Shown here: positions 18,597 to 26,098 of the stretch, one piece after another
How the letters are laid out: the number at the start of each line of letters is the position of its first letter
Position numbering within the stretch: the first letter of the stretch is position 1
From: a bacterium
Lineage (GTDB): Bacteria > CLD3 > SB21
Assembly: GCA_013359335.1 (NCBI GenBank)
Contig: JABWBZ010000001.1
Location: 1 to 53,701 of the forward strand
Length of the DNA stretch: 53,701 nucleotides
Reading direction: 5' to 3'
Program-made: the position numbers and the translations under genes
Notes under the pieces: model-generated
Seen by the model: only the letters and a program-made list of their open reading frames with translations
Databases searched by the model: none
What the model was told of the DNA's origin: nothing

Positions 18597-18962
18597 ATGA
18601 AGAAAACGCTTTTCGCGATCGCGCTTGCTTCCGTTTTGTGTATCGTGTATTATTCGACGATCAGTTGCCAGACTAACAAACCTAAAAATCTGAAAGTCAT
18701 AAAAGACCGCGATATGACTGTTGAGGAAATAAAAGAATACATGCGTACTTTTACGTTATCGCTGGGAGTGGAGTGCGACTATTGCCACGATACGGATAAT
18801 TATTCCAACGACGATAAAAAAGAAAAAAATATCACCCGCGATATGATTGTGCTGACGGAAATGCTGAATGAAAAATATTTTCCGGGTGCGAAGGAAAACG
18901 TAACTTGTTATACCTGCCATCGCGGTTCGATTCGCGTAAAAAATACACCTCCCGGACTATGA
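18597..18962 (+). CDS. Small secreted dihaem c-type cytochrome, related to the reaction-centre cytochrome c subunit (CytoC_RC-like)
   Basis: 121-aa ORF with a signal peptide and two CxxCH motifs (CDYCH, CYTCH). NLKVI...GVECDYCH...ITRDMIVLTEMLN..YF...VTCYTCHRG matches the PF02276-type small cytochromes as I recall them. Confidence 0.75.
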   Translation: MKKTLFAIALASVLCIVYYSTISCQTNKPKNLKVIKDRDMTVEEIKEYMRTFTLSLGVECDYCHDTDNYSNDDKKEKNITRDMIVLTEMLNEKYFPGAKENVTCYTCHRGSIRVKNTPPGL

Positions 18963-19544
18963 TCGTTTTTTAAAAAGACGCTTCAATTCGGTGACTTCTT
19001 TTTCATTTAATTTTCTCCATTGCCCTGGGTTCAAATTTTCTAAGGTTAGGGACATTATTGTAATTCTTATCAATCGCAATGTCGGATGGCCAATGGCCGC
19101 AGTCATCTTCCTTACTTGCCGGTTTCTCCCCTCCGTCAACGTTATTTCAATCCACGCAGTTGAGATATTTTTTCTGTAGCGAATGGGTTTGGATCTTTCC
19201 GGAAGATCGGGCGCATCAGGCAAGAGTCGCACTTTAGCGGGCTTAGTTTTTTTTCCTTCAATGATCACGCCTTTTTCAAGTTTTGCGAGTGACTCCGATG
19301 ACGGAATCCTTTCGACCTGAACCCAATATGTCCGGGAATGCCCGTATTTCCTGTCGATTAATTGATGAGCGAAATTGCCGTCGTCGGTTAACAATAATAA
19401 ACCTTCGCTATCCGCATCGAGCCGGCCGGCTGGGTACACATTTTTTGGAAATCCAAAATCCGATAGGGATTGGTGATTAATGGCAGGCGTGAATTGGCTT
19501 AGAACGTCGTAAGGTTTATTAAAAATAATATATTGAAAGGTCAT
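18957..19544 (-). CDS. rRNA pseudouridine synthase of the RsuA/RluE family, without an S4 domain
   Basis: 195-aa ORF with the catalytic motif GRLDADSEGLLLLTDDG and a C-terminal EGRNRQVRKM. Confidence 0.85.
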   Translation of the reverse strand: MTFQYIIFNKPYDVLSQFTPAINHQSLSDFGFPKNVYPAGRLDADSEGLLLLTDDGNFAHQLIDRKYGHSRTYWVQVERIPSSESLAKLEKGVIIEGKKTKPAKVRLLPDAPDLPERSKPIRYRKNISTAWIEITLTEGRNRQVRKMTAAIGHPTLRLIRITIMSLTLENLNPGQWRKLNEKEVTELKRLFKKRS

Positions 19545-19548
19545 GGCG

Positions 19549-21009
19549 TCAGGCCATTAGTCCTAATTTTTTCATCCGCATCAGGAGCGTCGTGCGCTTC
19601 ATGCCCAATAGTTTTGCCGCTTCGGCTTTATTGGCGCCGGTCTGATGAAGTACGTAGCGGATGTAGGAACGTTCCAGTTCTTCGATTGTTTTAATATCAT
19701 TAATTTTAAATTCGAAATGGTTCGTCGCATCGGGAGGCTTGCTGAATTGAATATCATGAAGCTCGCGGCGAAATTCTTCCGGGATATCGTTGAGGCTTAA
19801 AGAATCGCTTTCGGCGAAAATCAACATGCGATTGATCAGGTTTTTCAATTCCCGCACATTGCCTTTCCATTCGCGTGAACAAAGAAAATTTAATACTTCT
19901 TGTGAAATCGACCGTACTTTTTTTTCCGAATTCCGGTTATGATCGTTAATAAAATGATTGATCAGAATCGGAATATCGGAGCGGCGGTTGCGCAAAGGCG
20001 GAAGTTGAACGGGAATCACATTCAAACGGTAATACAAATCTTCACGAAACGTTTCCTTCCGGAATTCTTCATAAAGGTCTTTATTGGTCGCCGAAATGAT
20101 CCGGACGTCGACTCTCCGGAAATGCGTTTCGCCGATGCGGCGAATTTCTTTTTCCTGAATAACGCGCAGCAATTTGGCCTGCAGCGCCAATGACGTATTG
20201 GAAATCTCATCGAGAAAAACCGTTCCGCCTTCCGCTTCTTCAAATAATCCCTTTTTGTCGTAGAATGCGCCGGTAAAAGCGCCTTTTTTGTGTCCGAATA
20301 ATTCACTTTCCAAAAGATTTTCGGCCAAAGCGCCGCAGTCGATAGCGGTGAATTTATTGTGCTGGCGTTTGCTGTTAAAATGGATCGCTTTGGCGACCAA
20401 TTCTTTTCCGGTACCGCTTTCGCCTTGAATCAGAACCGTTTCATCGCTAACCGAGGCCGATTTGATCAGGCGGCGCACTTCATTCATCTCCGGACTGACG
20501 CTGATAATATTGTCGAGCGAAAATTCTTTTTCGATTTCCGATTTGAGTACGACGATTTCTTGTTCTAATTTCGCTTTCTCAATGGCAAGGCGTTCGTACT
20601 GATTTTTTCGTTGAGCATTGGCGATATTTTCTTCATATTTTTTGATGGCATCGGCCAGAACGTCAAGGAGCGTTTGGGTTTCCCACGGCTTATGAATATA
20701 GCGGTAAATTTCACCCAGGTTGACGGAATCCACCAGGTCATGAATATCCGCATACGCCGTTAAAACGATGCGGACGGTATAAGGATATGACTCTTTGACG
20801 TGCTTGAGCAGTTCGACGCCGCTCATTGAGGGCATTTTCTGGTCGACAATGACTACTGCAACTTCGTGACGGTTCAGAATATCTAACGCGTCTTCTCCGC
20901 TTGAAACGGTAAAAATCACATACCGGTCTTCGAGAATTTTCCTCAACACACTCAGAATCGGCGGCTCATCATCGACGCATAAAATCGTATGTTTGATTTC
21001 GGTAGTCAT
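19549..21009 (-). CDS. Sigma54-dependent response regulator (REC - AAA+ - Fis-type HTH; NtrC family)
   Basis: The REC domain has DDE and the phospho-acceptor D in VIVDQKMP. A coiled-coil linker follows. The AAA+ domain has Walker A GESGTGKE, the GAFTGA loop (KKGAFTGA) and Walker B FLDEI. The C-terminal HTH is AAKLLGMKRTTL. Confidence 0.9.
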   Translation of the reverse strand: MTTEIKHTILCVDDEPPILSVLRKILEDRYVIFTVSSGEDALDILNRHEVAVVIVDQKMPSMSGVELLKHVKESYPYTVRIVLTAYADIHDLVDSVNLGEIYRYIHKPWETQTLLDVLADAIKKYEENIANAQRKNQYERLAIEKAKLEQEIVVLKSEIEKEFSLDNIISVSPEMNEVRRLIKSASVSDETVLIQGESGTGKELVAKAIHFNSKRQHNKFTAIDCGALAENLLESELFGHKKGAFTGAFYDKKGLFEEAEGGTVFLDEISNTSLALQAKLLRVIQEKEIRRIGETHFRRVDVRIISATNKDLYEEFRKETFREDLYYRLNVIPVQLPPLRNRRSDIPILINHFINDHNRNSEKKVRSISQEVLNFLCSREWKGNVRELKNLINRMLIFAESDSLSLNDIPEEFRRELHDIQFSKPPDATNHFEFKINDIKTIEELERSYIRYVLHQTGANKAEAAKLLGMKRTTLLMRMKKLGLMA

Positions 21010-22418
21010 GATTGCACCAAACGAACAACGTTTTCGATATGGTAAGTATGCGGAAACATATCCACAGGCTGAACTTTATCGATCCGATAATGCGCTTGAC
21101 ACAATAACGCCAGATCGCGCGCCTGCGTTGAAGGATTGCAACTGACGTAAACTATAACCGGCGGAGCAAGTTCCAATAACGTGTCGATGACGTCTTCATG
21201 CATGCCGGATCGCGGAGGATCGACGATGACAACGTCCGGCGTTTGATGCAGTTGCCGGATGGTTTTGCGGAGATCGCCTAAAAGAAATTCACAATTGGAA
21301 ATTCGGTTATGCTTGACATTTTTCCGGGCATTTTCAACGGAAGCTTCAATGAGTTCAATACCGATAACTTTTTGGGCGAATTTTGAAATAAAAATGCCGA
21401 TCGATCCCGTCCCGCAATAAAGATCATAGACCAATTCATGTCCTTTTAGTTCTGCAAACTCCAAAGCAATTTGATACAGCGTTTCAGCCGCTAAAGTGTT
21501 AGTCTGAAAAAACGCATTGGATGAAATCTCAAATTCGAAATCGCCGAGTTTTTCTATAATAAACGGAGAACCATGCAAGAGTACTTCATAGTCACTGAAA
21601 GCGACCTGTGCTTTTTTCGAACTGATCCCGTTGATCAAACTAGTGATCTGCGGGAATTTAGAAATTATCTGATCGCGAAATGGCGTCATGACCTCCGGAC
21701 GTTCTTCAGACGTGATAAGATTGATCATTAGGTCGCTGGTGCGCTTAGATTCACGAATGACTAAAAAACGCCAAAAACCGGAATGATCTTTGACCGAATA
21801 AGGCGGAAGCCCGCTGTGGCGTGTAAAATCCCCGACAAAGTTCAATATATCGTTTGCTAATGTCGATTGCAGGTGGCAATGGCGTACCGGCAAAACTTTG
21901 TCGAAACGTTGAGGGACATGCAATCCGAGCGCAAACGGATCGGATCGGCGGTCGGCGTCGAATAATGCGTTAGCCGTCAACCACGGACGATCACCAAATG
22001 TAAATTCCATTTTATTCCGGTAACGATAGATTTCCTTAGATCCGATGGGCTTGGGAATTTGGATATCTGTGAATCCTCCGATTCGCTCAAAAACTTCCTG
22101 AACATTTTGACGTTTGAATTCGAGTTGCGCGCCGTAGACGACATCTTGCCATCGGCAGCCGCCGCAGGTTCCGAACAATTCGCATTCAGGATTTGTGCGA
22201 TCGATCGACGGTTTTATAATATTTATCGCCACCGCTTCCGCGAAGCTTTTTTTCTTTTTTATAATTTTGGCTAAGACATGATCGCCGGTAATTGCCCCGT
22301 TTACAAAAACTACAAAATCGTTGACACGGGCAATACCCTGGCCTCCGAAAGAAACCGAATCAACCGATAATTCGATTTCGGCTCCTTTTTGAACGGTCAT
22401 TTCCTGAGTTGATTCCAT
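21006..22418 (-). CDS. rlmD: 23S rRNA (uracil-C5)-methyltransferase RlmD/RumA type
   Basis: It has an N-terminal TRAM domain and Fe-S cysteines (C..FGTCGGCRWQD). The SAM motif is DLYCGTGSIG, followed by DPPRSG and the nucleophile motif VYVSCNP. Its stop overlaps the downstream start (ATGA). Confidence 0.85.
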   Translation of the reverse strand: MESTQEMTVQKGAEIELSVDSVSFGGQGIARVNDFVVFVNGAITGDHVLAKIIKKKKSFAEAVAINIIKPSIDRTNPECELFGTCGGCRWQDVVYGAQLEFKRQNVQEVFERIGGFTDIQIPKPIGSKEIYRYRNKMEFTFGDRPWLTANALFDADRRSDPFALGLHVPQRFDKVLPVRHCHLQSTLANDILNFVGDFTRHSGLPPYSVKDHSGFWRFLVIRESKRTSDLMINLITSEERPEVMTPFRDQIISKFPQITSLINGISSKKAQVAFSDYEVLLHGSPFIIEKLGDFEFEISSNAFFQTNTLAAETLYQIALEFAELKGHELVYDLYCGTGSIGIFISKFAQKVIGIELIEASVENARKNVKHNRISNCEFLLGDLRKTIRQLHQTPDVVIVDPPRSGMHEDVIDTLLELAPPVIVYVSCNPSTQARDLALLCQAHYRIDKVQPVDMFPHTYHIENVVRLVQS

Positions 22419-22429
22419 GAATTCAATTT

Positions 22430-24055
22430 CTATTTTTTCTTGTCGGGAACCAGATCAACGTGAATATTGAGTAATTCGTTTGGCGAGAACGGGCGTTCGA
22501 TTTCTACCGTCCGGAAGCCGTCTTTTTGAATGCTGATTTTATGAAATGTTGCGCGGATGTTGGGCCAGGTCAGAGGGGACGGCGTTTTAGCGAAAATATT
22601 TTTAAAATCGTTGTCAATGTAAACAAAAGCGCCTGCCGGATCCGTATTGACGGCAAACCCCAGTCTCCGGCTTTCGCCCCGATAAGCATCCAGCAGCGCC
22701 GATAATTTATCAAGGTCGAGCGTTACGTCTTTGCTTTCGTTTTCTTTTTCAAGAGTGAAATTATATTCGTAATTCTGATACAGGATAGGAAATTTAATCC
22801 GCAAGGCATTACGCCCTTTTTGAAAATGATTGAGCGTGGCTTTTCCGTCGAAATTGCCCGAACGAGGCCATTCATTGTCATTGACGTAAATTCGAACGTC
22901 ATTCAGGACGTCTGTTTTATCCGACTTGAGAGAAAGATTCACGTTGCCAAAAGCCGGCCCATTAAAATCAAATGGCCATAGGCCTTTCCAAGTAAGCCAT
23001 GTTACTACAGTGATGATGAGCGTTACCGCAGCCGCAATCGCGATTTTCTTTTTTCTTTTTCCTTTATCGTAAAATTTGGCGATGTACTCGCCGGTCGATA
23101 ATTCATCGGGCGGTTCATTGTGTTCGGGAGTATCGGCGACGTGCGGCAGTTTGGCAAAGGGCGAAAAATCAGGATTTTTATTTTTGCTTGTCAGCGTTAA
23201 ATAATATTGCATCAGAAAATGCAGCAACTGGGATTGCGAAATCGACTGTAAATACTGGTTCAGATCTTTAATGACTAAACCGATATGTTGATAGCGAGAG
23301 TCCAGATTTTTGGACATCGCACGGTCGACAATTCTGATCAGGGGTTTGGGGATGCTGACCTGTGAACGATCGAGGGGCTCGTACCGTCCTTGCGCAATCA
23401 GGGTTATCAAAGTCAGGTTACTGTCTGCCGAAAAAGGTTTTTTCCCCGTCAGCATTTCGTACATCATTGTGCCGAGGCTGAAAATGTCGCTTTGCGTGGT
23501 TAGTTTATCGCCGGAGGCTTGTTCAGGAGACATGTACGATGGCGTGCCGATAATGATGCCGGTCGACGTCAGGTTTTTATGCGCTTCTTCGTCTTCTTGC
23601 TTGGCAATTCCAAAGTCCATGAGTTTTACCTGCCCGTCTTTGCTCAGGCGGACATTGCTGGGTTTGATATCGCGGTGAATGATGCCTTTTTCATGCATGT
23701 GTTCGAGGCCGCGCGCGACTTCGCGGGCAATCATCACGGCGGCGTAATGCGGGACAAAGCCGCGCGTCTTGATAATATCGCTTACGTCGATGCCATCGAC
23801 ATATTCCATGACAAGGTAATGGTTTTTTTGCGCATCGACGAAATAGTCGTAAATCGCCGGTAAATTTTCCTGCTTCAGCGCGGCGGATAAAACGGCTTCG
23901 CGGGCAAAACGTTTGACCTTGTCGCGGTTGTCGCCCTTGACCACTTTGATGGCGACCTGGCGGTCTAAGCTGGGGTGACGTCCCATAAACACCGTGGCCA
24001 TACCGCCCGATCCGATTTGTTTGGTGATTTCATAACTCTGGATAAGATTTTCCAT
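22430..24055 (-). CDS. Hanks-type Ser/Thr protein kinase, single-pass membrane protein with an extracytoplasmic PEGA-like C-terminal domain
   Basis: Kinase motifs are GSGGMATV, AIKV, HRDIKPSNV, DFGIA and SPEQ. The TM segment is IAIAAAVTLIITVVTWLTW. A beta-rich C-terminal region of about 180 aa follows. Confidence 0.9.
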   Translation of the reverse strand: MENLIQSYEITKQIGSGGMATVFMGRHPSLDRQVAIKVVKGDNRDKVKRFAREAVLSAALKQENLPAIYDYFVDAQKNHYLVMEYVDGIDVSDIIKTRGFVPHYAAVMIAREVARGLEHMHEKGIIHRDIKPSNVRLSKDGQVKLMDFGIAKQEDEEAHKNLTSTGIIIGTPSYMSPEQASGDKLTTQSDIFSLGTMMYEMLTGKKPFSADSNLTLITLIAQGRYEPLDRSQVSIPKPLIRIVDRAMSKNLDSRYQHIGLVIKDLNQYLQSISQSQLLHFLMQYYLTLTSKNKNPDFSPFAKLPHVADTPEHNEPPDELSTGEYIAKFYDKGKRKKKIAIAAAVTLIITVVTWLTWKGLWPFDFNGPAFGNVNLSLKSDKTDVLNDVRIYVNDNEWPRSGNFDGKATLNHFQKGRNALRIKFPILYQNYEYNFTLEKENESKDVTLDLDKLSALLDAYRGESRRLGFAVNTDPAGAFVYIDNDFKNIFAKTPSPLTWPNIRATFHKISIQKDGFRTVEIERPFSPNELLNIHVDLVPDKKK

Positions 24056-24088
24056 AGCTGCGACAACCGTTGTGAGTGATGGTGAGGT

Positions 24089-24124
24089 GAAAAATAAAAC
24101 AGGTCAGAGGGGCTCTGACCTGTT
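24089..24124 (-). terminator. Rho-independent terminator after hpf
   Basis: The 12-bp stem is AACAGGTCAGAG-ccc-CTCTGACCTGTT on the minus strand, followed by TTTATTTTT. Confidence 0.85.
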
Positions 24125-24161
24125 GAATTTAAGAAGATAATTTACTTTTTCAATATTATTC

Positions 24162-24503
24162 TTATTCCGCCAATGCACTTTCGGTTTCATTCAATACATC
24201 CGTCATACGGTCGTGCGTACGCTTGCGCAGTTTGCTTTTGAATTTTTTCAACTGAACTTCCAGTTTGTCCGTTGCAGTGTCGATGGCTTTGGTTACGTCC
24301 ATTTCCTTAGCTTTGACGTGCAAAACCGTTCCGTAAACTTTAATATTTATTTCCACCAATTCTTTCGTTTTTTCCGAGTCCAAGATAACTTCACAGTCGA
24401 TGATTCTGTCGTAGTATTTTTCCAATCGATTTATTTTGTCTTCCAAATAGTCTTTGATTTGCGCCGATAATTTCTGATGACGTGAAGTGATTCTTACTCT
24501 CAT
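24162..24503 (-). CDS. hpf: Ribosome hibernation promoting factor, short HPF/RaiA type
   Basis: 113-aa ORF; MRVRITSRHQKLSAQIKDYLEDKINRLEKYYDRIIDCEVIL is typical of the S30AE/HPF family. AAGGAG lies 7 nt upstream. Confidence 0.85.
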   Translation of the reverse strand: MRVRITSRHQKLSAQIKDYLEDKINRLEKYYDRIIDCEVILDSEKTKELVEINIKVYGTVLHVKAKEMDVTKAIDTATDKLEVQLKKFKSKLRKRTHDRMTDVLNETESALAE

Positions 24504-24584
24504 GACGATCTCCTTTGGATAAGTGTGAGAATTGGTAATTTGTCCATACGGCGATTTAGCAAATAAAGACGCGGCCTCCTTTGG

Positions 24585-25496
24585 TTAGGTTTCGGCCCTG
24601 GGGTGGGCTTTTTTATAAGCGTTTTTCAAACGATCGACAGTAATATGAGTGTAAATTTGAGTAGTCGAAAGATTTTCGTGCCCGAGTAAATCTTTGACGG
24701 CCCTGAGATCGGCGCCATTGTCTAATAAATGCGTGGCAAACGAATGCCGGACGATATGCGGGCTCAATTGGTGAGCGTCGGAAACACGAGTTAAAACTTT
24801 TTTGATCATGCGTTGAACCGCCAATGGCGTGATGCGTTTTCCATTTTTCCCGATAAAAACAGCCTGACCATCGCCGGAAGATCCGCTGGTTATTATTTGA
24901 TCACGAACCGAGTGATAATGCTTGAGTGCATTAATTGCTTTTTCTCCGATGGGAATGATGCGTTGCTTGGCGCCTTTTCCTAAAACGGAAATAGTCTGAT
25001 TGGAGAAATTGACGTTGGAGAAATCAAGCCCGACAAGTTCGCTGAGACGAATTCCCGATCCGTAAAAAAGTTCCAGGATGGCTTTATCGCGCGCATCTGC
25101 CGGTATACGATCGTCAAAAAAATCAAAGACGGTTTGAATTTGATCGACGGTCAAAAATGACGGAACCGTTTTTTCATATTTCGGAGTTTTGATTAATTTT
25201 CCAGGATTGGTCTTGACGGCGCCTTGTTTGATAAGAAATTTAAAAAAAGATTTAACGGCTGATAATTTGCGTGCAATGCTTTTTTTTTCCAATCGTTGCT
25301 TGGACAAATGGGCAAGAAAAGCGCGAATTTCATCTTTAGAAATTTCGGTAAGATCGAATTCAAGGCTATCGAAGCGGCGCTCAATGAACGCTGAAAAATC
25401 TTCGAGGTCTTTTTTGTATGCGATGAGAGTCTTGCCGGAGTAATTACGTTCAGCATCAAGATAACGGAGAAAACGATCAAGATAGATACGAATCAT
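24585..25496 (-). CDS. xerC: Tyrosine recombinase XerC/XerD-like
   Basis: The N-terminal SAM-like domain is LDRFLRYLDAERNYSGKTLIAYKKDL. The catalytic residues fit the R..HxxRH..Y pattern (GIRLSEL, HIVRHSFATHL, LGHENLSTTQIYTH). I place the start at the internal Met (MIRIYL, 25496). Confidence 0.8.
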   Translation of the reverse strand: MIRIYLDRFLRYLDAERNYSGKTLIAYKKDLEDFSAFIERRFDSLEFDLTEISKDEIRAFLAHLSKQRLEKKSIARKLSAVKSFFKFLIKQGAVKTNPGKLIKTPKYEKTVPSFLTVDQIQTVFDFFDDRIPADARDKAILELFYGSGIRLSELVGLDFSNVNFSNQTISVLGKGAKQRIIPIGEKAINALKHYHSVRDQIITSGSSGDGQAVFIGKNGKRITPLAVQRMIKKVLTRVSDAHQLSPHIVRHSFATHLLDNGADLRAVKDLLGHENLSTTQIYTHITVDRLKNAYKKAHPRAET

Positions 25497-25636
25497 AGAA
25501 CCTTTACAATTCGTGCGGAGGGCTGACACTTTAAATGTACCAAAGAACGCAAGCTTTGTCAATCGGTAATTATAATAATCGGCGCCGGTTTAAACTTAAA
25601 ACTCTAAAATTATTGCAGATAAGAAATTGTAAAATT

Positions 25637-26098
25637 TTATTGACCCCATGACAAAACTTCGACTCTCACATTGGCCGTTCCTGATGCAATCATTCCAATT
25701 GATTTGGCCGCCGATTTGGATAAATCGATAAGCCTGTTTTTGACAAAAGGGCCGCGATCATTGATCCGCACCACCACCGATTGTTTGTTTGATAAATTCG
25801 TCACACGTACGACCGTACCAAAAGGATATGTCCGGTGAGCGGCTGTCAATTTATCCTGATCGAAAATTTCGCCATTTGACGTTTTTCTGCCGTCAAATTT
25901 GTCGGCATAAAAGGATGCAACGCCGGTTTTAACTTCCAAAACATCGGCGGATCGTGTTTGTACAATGTTTCCGTTTTCGGCAGAACGTTTCGATTGATAC
26001 ATCGGATTCGGCGCACAGGCGCTACAGGCGGTTACGATGATCAAAAAACTATTCTTCAATTTTATCAATTTCTTTTTCTTTTCCTTTTTTGATTTCAT
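25637..26098 (-). CDS. rlpA: Septal ring lytic transglycosylase RlpA-family lipoprotein (DPBB domain)
   Basis: The N-terminal signal peptide FLIIVTACSAC is lipoprotein-like. The RlpA core is GVASFYADKFDGRKTSNGEIFD...TAAHRTYPFGTVVRVTN...VVVRINDRGPF. Confidence 0.85.
   Translation of the reverse strand: MKSKKEKKKKLIKLKNSFLIIVTACSACAPNPMYQSKRSAENGNIVQTRSADVLEVKTGVASFYADKFDGRKTSNGEIFDQDKLTAAHRTYPFGTVVRVTNLSNKQSVVVRINDRGPFVKNRLIDLSKSAAKSIGMIASGTANVRVEVLSWGQ

Noticed and set aside
24585-25562. The tyrosine recombinase as the integrase of a mobile element or prophage
   Set aside because: Its sequence and length fit chromosomal XerC/XerD. It is embedded in a co-directional housekeeping run (rlpA, hpf). 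I saw no tRNA, direct repeats, phage genes or compositional shift around it.
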